A stretch of DNA of 64,000 nt from an uncultured virus (IMG/VR IMGVR_UViG_3300017747_000864) (Duplodnaviria > Heunggongvirae > Uroviricota > Caudoviricetes). Below the pieces are notes generated by a model. That model saw only the letters and a program-made list of their open reading frames with translations. It searched no databases and was not told where the DNA came from. The position numbers and the translations under genes are program-made. The stretch lies in IMG/VR virus record IMGVR_UViG_3300017747_000864. One strand, written 5' to 3'. Below are positions 53,662 through 62,913 of the stretch, piece by piece; position 1 is the first letter of the stretch, and every line of letters begins with the position of its first letter.

Positions 53662-56544
53662 CTAAACGATTTCTGTCTCGTCAAAGTCTTGAGCGCTATC
53701 AATATCCGACCATGCCGGGTTTTGATTGGTAGCGACTCCTTGCCAGTTTACCGCTTGCGCGGTCTCGATTGTAGGCCAGCTTCCAGCCTGCTCATTAACA
53801 ACAGACTGCCAGCCCGCAGACTGGCTATCATTGACTTCAGACCAAGCAGTAGTTTGGGCGGCGTTAACATTTTGCCAGCTTACAGCCTGAGTGACATCAA
53901 CCGCAACCCAGTCGGCGGTCTGCGACGTACCAGCATTCTGCCACTGCGCGTCCTGATTGTCACTAACAGTCTCCCAAGTAACCGGCTGACTGTTGTCAGG
54001 GGCCTGCCAGTTTGCGTCTTGAGAATCGTCTATCGTGTCCCATTGACGGGTGATGATAGAACTAATTAAGTCAGCAGCAAGTCCTACGTCGGCAATAAGT
54101 ACTGCGTACTCGGGGTCAGATGCGACTGAATCAGTCGCAGAAGATGCGTCTTCTATAGAGCGGAAATAAGAACGCCCGCCAAGAATAAAGTCCGCGACAG
54201 TAAGATCTTCGTGGACATCCGATTCGTAATACTGCACCCCAACCGTGGAATCGGAGATTGCAACGCCTTCGATGATGGAAACGAAGAACGTAGCAGCGGT
54301 ATCAACTTCTACCGTCGCGTCCAGAAACTCATCTGTAGACCGGGGATACGCAGGGACGCCGATAACTTCATCTGCTATAGACGCAGACTCTTCGATAGAA
54401 CGAGAGAACACCACCCCGTTCCATGGACCCTGACCCCAAGTCCCAGAACCCCAGCCGCCTTCTGTGTAAATGACCGCGAGCGATACGGCATCGGTAGCCG
54501 TGGAGGGCTCGCTTATTAGAGGGTTTTGAGTCGGGGTCTCGGCGCTTACTGCATCGGTAGCCGTTGCGGAATCTGGCGCTACGTTGAAAGAAAGCGGCAA
54601 ATCCGCGCTGATAGCATCGGTGGCCGTCGCAGGTTCTTCAATAATCCCGTTAACCAGCGCCAGCCGGGGCGTTACTGCATCCGTCGCGGTTGCAATCTCC
54701 TCGACATTGCGCGAGAAAACGATACCGTTCCACGGGCCTTGACCCCAAGTTCCTGAGCCCCAGCCACCTTCGGTCAGTGTGATCGTGGCAGACGTTTCAT
54801 CCGTGACTTGAACCGGCTCATCAACCAGCCCATTAACCACCGGAAGAGCCGGAGTAACGCTATCGGTTGCTGTGGCGAAATCTTGGGCTACATTGAAAGA
54901 CTGCGCGAGATTAGAAGATACTGAATCAGCCGCCTGAGCAGCTTCATTGAGCAGTCCATTTACTTGTGCAAGTCTAGGAGTTACCGCATCAGATGCGACC
55001 GCGCTATCCGCAGTGCTCCTACTAAAGACGATCCCGTTCCACGGCCCTTGGCCCCAAGTGCCTGATCCCCAGCCACCTTCGGTGTAGGTAACCGTGGAAG
55101 ATGTTGAGTCAGTTCCGGTCGAAGTATCGGCAACAAGAGTTTCAGCATCGTTTGCACGGGCTGCGAATATAACGTCAGCGCCAGAGGCGGTTTCTTCAAC
55201 CCGACCGTTGACTGTTGGGACGGTCGCAGATACCGAATCAGAAGCAGAGGCTGACTCTATAACCAGACCGTTAACCAAAGACAGGGCGGACGAAATAGCG
55301 TCTGACCCAAGAGCGGAATCCGCAACACTTCTGCTAAATACGATTCCGTTCCACGGGCCTTGACCCCATGCCCCAGAGCCCCATCCGCCCTCGGTGTAGG
55401 CAACAGAAGAGGCAATGGAGTCAGCACCGGAGGAGGTTTCTGCGACGGAGTGGTTGAACCTACCAATCGCAGAATTAGAATCCGCGACAGATGCAGAGTC
55501 CTGTGTAACACCGTTAACTGTCGTAAGTTTGGGCGTTACCGAGTCGCCAATAGACGCCGCTTCAATAACAGAGCCATTGACCGTGGCAACGGCGGCTGAA
55601 AACAAATCAGAGCCAGCAGCAGACTCGGATATGTTCCGGGCAAATACAACCCCGTTCCAAGGCCCTTGGCCCCAAGTGCCTGATCCCCAGCCGCCTTCAG
55701 TAAGGATACGAACTGAGGAAACAGAATCCGCAACCGCCGCTAATTCTGAAACACTTGACCGGGGCGCAAACCTAGCCGCTATAGAGTCGGCAATAGACGC
55801 CGATTCAATAACCAAACCATTGACGGTTGTTAGCCTCGGGGTTACAGAGTCAGTGCCAGTTGCAGTCTCGTTTATTTGCCCATTAACAGCGGGGACCGAG
55901 ACAGATACTTGATCTGAAGCGGTAGCGGCCTCTACGATTGACCGGCTAAATACCGTGCCACTCCACGGACCCTGACCCCACGTTCCCGTACCCCATCCGC
56001 CTTCGGTAAGGATACGAACTGAGGAAACGGAGTCAGCGCCGGTAGATGTTTCTAAGGCAGAGGACTGTAGTTGCGCCCGAGCGGCTATTGACTCTGCAAC
56101 AGTGGCAGTTTCTTGCTCAGCAGAGTAAAAAGTAGGTCTGGCAGATACCAGATCGGATATTGTTCCTACTTCTGTTTCTGATCTGAAAAACTGCGAGCGT
56201 GCGCTTATCTGATCTGAGGCCGTTGCAGCCTCGACTTCACTGGCAAAAAATCTCGCCTGCGCGCTAGTAGAATCCGCGCCAGTAGCAGTCTCGGATTCAG
56301 TGCGAAAATAGTTTCGCACGCCAAGATTACTGTCGGCTATGGATGCCGACTCGGCAACTACGGGGTTTAACCGCCGTATAGCGGCTACAGTTTCAGTGCC
56401 TGTAGCCGCTTCTGTGACTAGACCTGCAAGAGATGATCCCGTTATGGAATCAGAGCCAGTGGCGGACTCCGTTACTGAGGATGAATACCCAGAGTAACCC
56501 CAGTTAGATTGGCCCCAAGTGCCGGAACCCCAGCCACTGGACAC
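53662..56544 (-). CDS. Highly repetitive virion fibre-like protein
   Basis: 960 aa; ~21-aa E.A...D repeats, seven GWGxGxWGQxxW motifs, C-terminal 11-aa W repeats. Confidence 0.75.
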   Translation of the reverse strand: MSSGWGSGTWGQSNWGYSGYSSSVTESATGSDSITGSSLAGLVTEAATGTETVAAIRRLNPVVAESASIADSNLGVRNYFRTESETATGADSTSAQARFFASEVEAATASDQISARSQFFRSETEVGTISDLVSARPTFYSAEQETATVAESIAARAQLQSSALETSTGADSVSSVRILTEGGWGTGTWGQGPWSGTVFSRSIVEAATASDQVSVSVPAVNGQINETATGTDSVTPRLTTVNGLVIESASIADSIAARFAPRSSVSELAAVADSVSSVRILTEGGWGSGTWGQGPWNGVVFARNISESAAGSDLFSAAVATVNGSVIEAASIGDSVTPKLTTVNGVTQDSASVADSNSAIGRFNHSVAETSSGADSIASSVAYTEGGWGSGAWGQGPWNGIVFSRSVADSALGSDAISSALSLVNGLVIESASASDSVSATVPTVNGRVEETASGADVIFAARANDAETLVADTSTGTDSTSSTVTYTEGGWGSGTWGQGPWNGIVFSRSTADSAVASDAVTPRLAQVNGLLNEAAQAADSVSSNLAQSFNVAQDFATATDSVTPALPVVNGLVDEPVQVTDETSATITLTEGGWGSGTWGQGPWNGIVFSRNVEEIATATDAVTPRLALVNGIIEEPATATDAISADLPLSFNVAPDSATATDAVSAETPTQNPLISEPSTATDAVSLAVIYTEGGWGSGTWGQGPWNGVVFSRSIEESASIADEVIGVPAYPRSTDEFLDATVEVDTAATFFVSIIEGVAISDSTVGVQYYESDVHEDLTVADFILGGRSYFRSIEDASSATDSVASDPEYAVLIADVGLAADLISSIITRQWDTIDDSQDANWQAPDNSQPVTWETVSDNQDAQWQNAGTSQTADWVAVDVTQAVSWQNVNAAQTTAWSEVNDSQSAGWQSVVNEQAGSWPTIETAQAVNWQGVATNQNPAWSDIDSAQDFDETEIV

Positions 56545-56554
56545 TTATCCATCC

Positions 56555-57133
56555 TTAGGCGGACAGGCTAAACTGATAAGTGACGTTCAGAATATCCCCG
56601 CTAACAACCGCTCGGTCGCCGGGGGCTTGAAAGTCAGCGGCAGAGAACAGCGTACCAGTCGTACCAGCCTTAGTGTTGTTGCTAATCAAAAACGCACCGC
56701 CAATCGTGGTGGTGGCGTTCATGGTAAACACCGCCTTGTTAGAGGTGTTGGTAACAACGGAAGGATTGGCATTAGTTGCAGCGGCAAAGTTTGCCACCGG
56801 GCGCGTAGCTTCCGAGTAGCTGGTGTTTTCAGTCCAGCCACCATGAGAAGATGCAGTATCCAGTGCGTTTGGAGTGTTCGAAGCGCCAGCGCCGTACAGA
56901 CCAACATACCAAGTGGTGATCTGAGTGGTAGCAACAAGCGCCGTTCCAGCCATGTACTGAAGACCGACGTTCACAACAAGATTGGGCGTCTCAGCGGTCC
57001 ACTTGTGATTGCCGTCTTTATCGAAACACTCAACGATGTACTTGCCCATCGCTTTGGCAGAGTCGCTCGGCATGCTATTAGCAATCAAACCGCCGCCGGT
57101 TACATCCGAAGTCTTTGCTCGATTCGTCGTCAC
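56555..57133 (-). CDS. Putative virion structural protein
   Basis: NLVVNVG...WYVGL...GDILNVTY. Confidence 0.7.
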   Translation of the reverse strand: MTTNRAKTSDVTGGGLIANSMPSDSAKAMGKYIVECFDKDGNHKWTAETPNLVVNVGLQYMAGTALVATTQITTWYVGLYGAGASNTPNALDTASSHGGWTENTSYSEATRPVANFAAATNANPSVVTNTSNKAVFTMNATTTIGGAFLISNNTKAGTTGTLFSAADFQAPGDRAVVSGDILNVTYQFSLSA

Positions 57134-57142
57134 TTCAGGCTC

Positions 57143-57574
57143 CTATGCAATCCTGATGATTGCGCTTGTACTAGAGGCAGCGGGGAACTGTACCTCAAAT
57201 GAGGTAGTGCATGTCTTGTCGCTACCAAAATCCAGAACACACACTGTGGGGTTCCCCCCACCTGACTTGTAGATCAACGCGCCACGGCACGTAAACGCCG
57301 CTGGGTTCCACGTTGCATTTGCGAAAGACAAATACGCTACCGTATTAGAAGAATCCGCCCCAGTCGTCGGAGTGACAGACACTGTAAGCGTAACGCCACC
57401 GGCAGTATACCCGGTGCCAGTGAGTTCACCAGTCGTTGTATATGCAGTGGTTGTCGGGCCAAGGTCAGCGGTGCTGCTATACAGCGCGATCTTAAAAGTA
57501 TCCGACGAAAAATTAAACGAGCCTGATGCAAGACCCGTTTTAAACGTATTAGTCGCGCCTTGAACAAGTGCCAT
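57143..57574 (-). CDS. Putative virion structural protein
   Basis: DTFKIALY...GYTAGG...RGALIY...VLDFGSDKT. Confidence 0.75.
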   Translation of the reverse strand: MALVQGATNTFKTGLASGSFNFSSDTFKIALYSSTADLGPTTTAYTTTGELTGTGYTAGGVTLTVSVTPTTGADSSNTVAYLSFANATWNPAAFTCRGALIYKSGGGNPTVCVLDFGSDKTCTTSFEVQFPAASSTSAIIRIA

Positions 57575-57575
57575 C

Positions 57576-58271
57576 TTAAGTCACCGGCTGACGGTATTGC
57601 CCAGAACGGTACGCATCCTGACGCTCCATTCCATCTCCAAGGCGCTTGGCAAGAGCAAGGGCTTCTTTGTACTTGCCATCATACAAGCCAACCATATCGG
57701 CCTCACCCTTCATGAAGGTATACGCCTCAACCAGCGCTCCGTACAACAGCACCGAATCAAAGTTATCCCCCAGCCAAGTGGTGTTTGCGACCGTAATCGA
57801 CTCAGGATAGTAGTAATAGTGAAGCTCGATGCCGTAAGCGATATCCGGGGTCGGCCCAAGCAAAAACGACAATTCGTTGGTGATCGTAACTCCGGTCACC
57901 GTCGGGCCAAACAAGGAGTAATACTTAGGAGCGCCTGTATCTGTTGGGGATGGATACGACTGCCGGATGAAGTTCACATCCTTATTGAGCAGGTACTCAT
58001 ACGCCCCAGCCCCATCAATAACCGCCATGGAATACACGGCAAGAAAATCGGTTGGGCAGGACAGGTACTTATTGCCGACAGAGGTTGTGCCGGTCACGTT
58101 CTTACGCAGGGACGGGAACTGAACAGTGTTGTAAATCCGCTGTTCTGCCTGCTGAACGAAGCGAGCGATCTGAGAGGCCGACGAAACCGTAGACCCATCA
58201 GCAAGTGTCGTCACCGGGAACTGATTCTCGGTATACGACTGAATCGCAGCAGAAAGCTCGCTGTAGTTCAC
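57576..58271 (-). CDS. Putative head-tail adaptor/tail tubular protein
   Basis: MNYSEL..AIQSYTEN...FVQQAEQRI...GAPKYY...PTPD...LLYGALVEA. Confidence 0.65.
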   Translation of the reverse strand: MNYSELSAAIQSYTENQFPVTTLADGSTVSSASQIARFVQQAEQRIYNTVQFPSLRKNVTGTTSVGNKYLSCPTDFLAVYSMAVIDGAGAYEYLLNKDVNFIRQSYPSPTDTGAPKYYSLFGPTVTGVTITNELSFLLGPTPDIAYGIELHYYYYPESITVANTTWLGDNFDSVLLYGALVEAYTFMKGEADMVGLYDGKYKEALALAKRLGDGMERQDAYRSGQYRQPVT

Positions 58272-58534
58272 GCCATCGGTCCCCGAGCAGTCACGCCCTT
58301 GGTAGCGGCACCGTTACCCCGAGTCTTGATACCCGAAGTCTTAGGCGCTGCGTAATCGTTGCGGTCGATATTACCAACGCTCATGTTCACATCGTTGGCG
58401 CGGTAACGCTTGCCGCCATTGTAGCCAGAGTTGCTGATGTCAACACCAGCAGTGCCCTGCATATCGTGCGGAGGCGCATAAACCGGCGCGGGGCCGATCT
58501 CCTTGCCCTTGACCTTCATGCTGAACTTAGCCAT
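58268..58534 (-). CDS. Small basic protein
   Basis: KTSGIKTRGNGAATKG motif. Confidence 0.75.
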   Translation of the reverse strand: MAKFSMKVKGKEIGPAPVYAPPHDMQGTAGVDISNSGYNGGKRYRANDVNMSVGNIDRNDYAAPKTSGIKTRGNGAATKGVTARGPMA

Positions 58535-58686
58535 TACTTGCTCCGCTGGTTCATTGCACGGGCCATGTTGCGACCGTACTTCTTCATATCGAGAGAAGTA
58601 ACGCCGCCTTTCTTCATGCCTTTGGCGTGCATGCGCTTTTCGTGAGCCTTAACCTCGGTCTTGGCGATTTTTTTCATGGAATCCAT
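58534..58686 (-). CDS. Small Lys/Met-rich protein (50 aa, not in ORF track)
   Basis: MDSMKKIAKTEVKAHEKRMHAKGMKKGGVTSLDMKKYGRNMARAMNQRSK; AGGAG RBS; TAATG overlap. Confidence 0.75.
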   Translation of the reverse strand: MDSMKKIAKTEVKAHEKRMHAKGMKKGGVTSLDMKKYGRNMARAMNQRSK

Positions 58687-58694
58687 GTCTGCTC

Positions 58695-59072
58695 CTACGC
58701 AGTCACTACAGTGACGGTACCAACTTGTACAGAGAGTACCAAGTTATTTGGGGTCAATCCAGCGTCATTTGCTCTAGACCCGCCTACGGGGTTCCACCCC
58801 CACTGAAAGACCCGACTACCTTCTGCATTAACTCCAGACTGGTAGTAGCTGGTATCCGGGCGTGGCTCACGCACGGCCTGCGGGTCGTACACGGGGTACA
58901 TACCCAATTGCAACTGAGGGTGGTCTGGTTCCCAGCACTCATGGCAAACCTTGATATTGACCTGTTTGGTCTTGATCGTGAGTTTGCGGAGTTCCTTAAG
59001 TTTATATCGTTGCCCGCAGCGATCACACTCAGCAATCGCGTTCTTAGCGGAAGCGTATTTAGGTCCAGCCAT
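58695..59072 (-). CDS. Zn-ribbon hypothetical protein
   Basis: CDRCG...VCHECWEPDHPQ...DPQAVREPRPD. Confidence 0.75.
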   Translation of the reverse strand: MAGPKYASAKNAIAECDRCGQRYKLKELRKLTIKTKQVNIKVCHECWEPDHPQLQLGMYPVYDPQAVREPRPDTSYYQSGVNAEGSRVFQWGWNPVGGSRANDAGLTPNNLVLSVQVGTVTVVTA

Positions 59073-59074
59073 AA

Positions 59075-60004
59075 TCAGGCATAGTACATAGAACGTGGCA
59101 CAAAACGCAGACTGGCCTTATCCCGATCTTCATCCGAGGCCAACTGCCACTGCATGTCGTATTCAGCTTTAAGAACGGCAAGCCTATTGGGGTCCATGTT
59201 TGGCAGCTTCATAGCCATCTTGTATGCAAGCCCAGCGACCATGCATTCGATGAACCGGAATGGAATATCCTGAGTTTTGGTACCTGTACCAGCGTCCTGC
59301 ACTCGGCGCATACGCCAATACACAAACATATAGTAAGGGTTGCCAACCGCGCCTTGATTTGGGATAGGCCAGATATTGATGTTTGGCAAGTTCTGAAGTG
59401 TAACGCTAGCGCCAGCGGTATGAGAAGCCGCAGTAGTGCTGTTCTGTCCACGGCCACAGTAGAGCAGGTTATTCCCGCTAATGGCCGAGTACCCAATCGT
59501 TTCATTGTCCAGCTTAATAAACCCTGCGGACGGCAAAGTCGAAGCGCCGGTAATGGCAATCGTAGTATCTGTAGAACCAATCGTGGCAGTCAGCGTAGCG
59601 GTGGTAGGGTTAGACTCGCCCGACTGCCGGTTGATCCAGACCTGAATAGGACGACCCGTAGCATTCTTGTTAGGGATCGTAGAGTACGTGGACTCCGAGA
59701 TCCGATTGATATTGATGTCAGTTTGGTTTGTACCAGTTCCCGTCCTGACAACCTTATCCAGAAGATCAATCGTATCCACCGGAAGCGAGTAAATAGATTG
59801 ATTTTGATACAGGGGAATCTGCCCCTGCTCAATTGTCCACAGGTTGATACCGCGATTTGCCCACTCAATAGACAGCAGGTTAAGGCTACGTCGAGCCGTG
59901 CGGAAGTCATAACCCGTGCGAAGTTCTTGGCCGCACCTCTCAAACGCCTCTTCGATAAGGTCGTTCATGTCCAGATTAAACGTCGAAGTGCCTGTCGTAG
60001 CCAT
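59075..60004 (-). CDS. Putative head-tail connector/tail tubular protein A-like
   Basis: IEEAFERCG...ARRSLNLL..EWANRG.NLW...P.RF...VAGLAY. Confidence 0.65.
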   Translation of the reverse strand: MATTGTSTFNLDMNDLIEEAFERCGQELRTGYDFRTARRSLNLLSIEWANRGINLWTIEQGQIPLYQNQSIYSLPVDTIDLLDKVVRTGTGTNQTDININRISESTYSTIPNKNATGRPIQVWINRQSGESNPTTATLTATIGSTDTTIAITGASTLPSAGFIKLDNETIGYSAISGNNLLYCGRGQNSTTAASHTAGASVTLQNLPNINIWPIPNQGAVGNPYYMFVYWRMRRVQDAGTGTKTQDIPFRFIECMVAGLAYKMAMKLPNMDPNRLAVLKAEYDMQWQLASDEDRDKASLRFVPRSMYYA

Positions 60005-60237
60005 TATCTAAACCTTGCAGTCTTTTTGGCGATGGTCTTGGGCTGAGATACGAACTGCTTGCCTTTGGCCTTGCCAGCGCGTTTAGCGCGGGTGGTCGCA
60101 GCGTACTCGGCGGAGGACAGGGACTTGATCGCGTTTGCGGGAAGGTATCGCTCGCCAGTCTCGCTTGAGGGCTTGCCTGACTTCGTGCGCCATTTCTGAG
60201 CAGTCCAGTCTTTTAGTGACTGCTGGGGGGCTTTCAT
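60004..60237 (-). CDS. Small basic protein (DUF5872-like C-terminal part)
   Basis: QQSLKDWTAQKWRTKSG...ERYLP...KGKQFV. Confidence 0.65.
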   Translation of the reverse strand: MKAPQQSLKDWTAQKWRTKSGKPSSETGERYLPANAIKSLSSAEYAATTRAKRAGKAKGKQFVSQPKTIAKKTARFR

Positions 60238-60659
60238 TTGTACCCCCCGCTATTCTCTTTCAAATACGCAACAGCGGCTTCAAGAATTTCAACTTTATCC
60301 CGCGCATGCCCGAGCATGGTGTTGCACGGATTGCATAAAAGCCCTCTGACTTTCCCGGAATAGTGGCAGTGGTCCACGTCCAGTTTTTTACCAAGCTCAT
60401 CCTCACTGATGCCGCAAATCATACACCGACAATCTTCCGCTTGGCGCATGGCTTCCCACTGTTCATAGGTCAAGCCGTACCGCAGTTGTAGCTTCTCAGC
60501 CTTGCGGTTGCGGGGCGTTGTTGGACTCGTCCGTTTGTATTCCTGATGGCACGGCTTGCATCGTGCGCTCAAATAGCGCTTCTGTGTCCAGCGGTCAAAG
60601 AACCGATAAAAATCGGATTCGTCCTTGTCCTGCTCGCAGAGAAGGCACGCTTTTGTCAT
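60234..60659 (-). CDS. Free-standing endonuclease VII-type homing endonuclease
   Basis: YGLT...CMIC...LDVDHCHYSGKVRGLLCNPCNTMLG...AVAYL. Confidence 0.88.
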   Translation of the reverse strand: MTKACLLCEQDKDESDFYRFFDRWTQKRYLSARCKPCHQEYKRTSPTTPRNRKAEKLQLRYGLTYEQWEAMRQAEDCRCMICGISEDELGKKLDVDHCHYSGKVRGLLCNPCNTMLGHARDKVEILEAAVAYLKENSGGYK

Positions 60660-60940
60660 TTATAAGAGCCGCCCTTAGACTTGTACTGCTTAGCAAGCAA
60701 CTGTGCCTTACGGGCTGACCATTGCCCTGCGGCGGTGCCCTGCGTAGCACGAGACTTGATAGACTCAAACAGCGACTTACGCATACCCGGCTTGGTGTAA
60801 TTACCAGCCTGATTCACACGGGACTTAACCTCGCCGCCCTCGGCATACTGATCGAAATCAGTACTGTCTCGCCTTGATTTGCGAGTTGCCTTGGGCATCT
60901 TGGAGGGGCTTATGGCCCCCATTCCGCGTGATGCCATCAT
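60656..60940 (-). CDS. Small basic protein (DUF5872-like N-terminal part)
   Basis: MMASRGMG...YAEGG...NYTKPGMRK...GQWSARKAQLLAKQYKSKGGSYK. Confidence 0.7.
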   Translation of the reverse strand: MMASRGMGAISPSKMPKATRKSRRDSTDFDQYAEGGEVKSRVNQAGNYTKPGMRKSLFESIKSRATQGTAAGQWSARKAQLLAKQYKSKGGSYK

Positions 60941-60942
60941 AG

Positions 60943-61191
60943 TTACACCATCCGACCTTTGGTCTTGCCACGCTGAGCGCAACCATCCGCACGGGAAGAA
61001 GCGGAGCTAACCTTGCCACCAGCCTTGAACGGCAGGGCTTTCTTCAGGCGATCAGGCTTGGTTGCTTCTTTGTAGCCTTTCTCCGTAGCAGCATCCTGCT
61101 TGGCTTCGCGCACCATGCGCTCTTCAGCGGTCTCGGCTTTGGGAGCCGGGGGCGGAGGGGGAGGGGGCGGAGGGGTTTTAGCCTTGTCCAT
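60943..61191 (-). CDS. Small basic protein with poly-Pro
   Basis: FKAGGKV...RADGCAQRGKTKG. Confidence 0.75.
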   Translation of the reverse strand: MDKAKTPPPPPPPPPAPKAETAEERMVREAKQDAATEKGYKEATKPDRLKKALPFKAGGKVSSASSRADGCAQRGKTKGRMV

Positions 61192-61193
61192 GA

Positions 61194-61619
61194 TTAGCAC
61201 TTACCGCCTTTTTTCATGGCGATCTGCTTGGCCTTAGTCTTACCCTTGGAAGCAACACCGTCGGCTGCGCGAACGAAACCACCAGAAGCCATCTTCTTCA
61301 TACCGGCTTCCTTCTTCTCATGCTCGATCATGGACTTCGGAGCGCCCTTGGCCTTCATGAAGCCAATCTCCTTCTTGACCATCGCTTTAGACTCTTTCAT
61401 GGAACCACCTTCACTGAATAGTGCCGATTTACCATGGAGGGTTTTCGGCTTGTTGAGACGCTGGAGATCGGGACGGGAGCCGGTACCAAACTTACGGCCC
61501 TTGTCTGCCTTTACAAATTCTTCCCCAACTGACTGAGGAATGCCAGTCTTTTTTGCGGCTTTCGGGTCATTTGCGACCATAGCCATCAGATTATGCTGCC
61601 GCTGACTGGTACTAGGCAC
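61194..61619 (-). CDS. Small Lys/Met-rich protein
   Basis: PSTS..QHNLMA...IPQSVG.EF...D; MASGG, MKKGG, ADGVASKGKTK. Confidence 0.75.
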   Translation of the reverse strand: MPSTSQRQHNLMAMVANDPKAAKKTGIPQSVGEEFVKADKGRKFGTGSRPDLQRLNKPKTLHGKSALFSEGGSMKESKAMVKKEIGFMKAKGAPKSMIEHEKKEAGMKKMASGGFVRAADGVASKGKTKAKQIAMKKGGKC

Positions 61620-61854
61620 GAGCACCGCCTTTTATGAAGGTATCAATCTTTGCTTCCAGCCGGTCAAGCCTATCAAGCACTCGATTGATGTCGTTATGGA
61701 CTTCTACCTTGGTAACGTATTCCCGAGCAATCTCTTCTCGGGTCTTGTTGAGGAGAATTTCAACCCTCTTGAGTTCCGTTGCTTTCTCTTTTAGAACCCA
61801 AGACAACAGCCCGATTAGCACCGTCAGTACGGTGTTCCAGATACTGAGGTCCAT
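61612..61854 (-). CDS. Small membrane-anchored coiled-coil protein
   Basis: MDLSIWNTVLTVLIGLLSW...LLNKTREEIAREYVTK. Confidence 0.7.
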   Translation of the reverse strand: MDLSIWNTVLTVLIGLLSWVLKEKATELKRVEILLNKTREEIAREYVTKVEVHNDINRVLDRLDRLEAKIDTFIKGGARA

Positions 61855-61855
61855 T

Positions 61856-62110
61856 TCAGCAGTTCCACGCCCTAAGCGATTTATTGATACGAGAGTTGGG
61901 ATCGTTAGCCGTTTTGGCGCTCGTGAGCTTCTTCTTCGCCCCTTCCATCCGGGCACAGAAGGAATCGCGTCGTGGGCCACCTTCAGGCTGCGGGGCTTTA
62001 AGCCCCGGTTTACCGGGGTTCGCGGCGTTATAAGAAGCGCGGCCTTTAGCGTTCAAACCGCCCTTGGGGTTCTTGCCTTCCTTGCGAGTCCAAGCGGGGG
62101 TCTTTGCCAT
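61856..62110 (-). CDS. Small basic conserved phage protein
   Basis: AWTRKEGKNPKGGLNAKGRAS...RRDSFCARM...SLRAWNC. Confidence 0.8.
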   Translation of the reverse strand: MAKTPAWTRKEGKNPKGGLNAKGRASYNAANPGKPGLKAPQPEGGPRRDSFCARMEGAKKKLTSAKTANDPNSRINKSLRAWNC

Positions 62111-62115
62111 GACGT

Positions 62116-62910
62116 TTAGTCATCAAATAGGTAGATCGGATTGCCGCCTACAACTAGTGTCCCAGTATAAATGCCACCGGGCCCGTAAACAACCCCCTGA
62201 CGAACGTCAGCAGGGTTCGGGAAAAGCGTTGTCGGGAAGAGGTCGGCAGCTTGTCCAGCGATTAAGTAGCTGCCTGAGTTAGCGCTTAGCGAAAGCCCGC
62301 GAAGAAGCTCTGCTACCTGACCGCTTATATCATAAGCGCCCGCATCCGCCGAGACATTTTTAGCCTTAGTAAGGCTAGCGTCTTGGCCCAGAACGATGTA
62401 CGAACCTGCGGCGAGTGAAAGCGCTCGGGTAGCGGAGAGATCCGCGCTCTGCCCGTTAATGTCGTAAGCGCCAGCATCAAGCCCAAGGACTCGGGCAGCG
62501 GTAAGAGACGCCGCTTGACCGGACAGGTTGTATGCGCCTACTTCAGCGTTAAACAGCAGAGTACGAACAAACTCCGCAACTTGCCCGGAGATACTATAAG
62601 AGCCCGCCGCCGCATTAAGCGTCCGGTCAACCGTATAGATTAACTCTGCATTCTGACCGGCAACCGAATAAGAGCCAGCGCCAGCGGAAACAACCGCCGT
62701 GCGGGTGAGGGTAGCCGCCTGACCAGTAAGGGAATAACTGCCAACTTCCGCATTTAAAGTAAAAGCGTTAGCAGTGCCCCAGAACCACTGCCCTTGTACT
62801 GTTGCTTCTGTCGGGTCTGGGTCGGCGTACTGAATGACCTGCCGCAGCGCAAGGCTCGGCTGCTTGTATAGCAGCGTCGAGTTAAACGGCGGCCTGCCGC
62901 GCCCGCTCAC
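62116..62910 (-). CDS. Repetitive virion protein (~22-aa A.AGSY...GQ.A.L repeats)
   Basis: About eight tandem repeats; C-terminal PADVRQGVVYG. Confidence 0.7.
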   Translation of the reverse strand: MSGRGRPPFNSTLLYKQPSLALRQVIQYADPDPTEATVQGQWFWGTANAFTLNAEVGSYSLTGQAATLTRTAVVSAGAGSYSVAGQNAELIYTVDRTLNAAAGSYSISGQVAEFVRTLLFNAEVGAYNLSGQAASLTAARVLGLDAGAYDINGQSADLSATRALSLAAGSYIVLGQDASLTKAKNVSADAGAYDISGQVAELLRGLSLSANSGSYLIAGQAADLFPTTLFPNPADVRQGVVYGPGGIYTGTLVVGGNPIYLFDD

Positions 62911-62913
62911 GAC

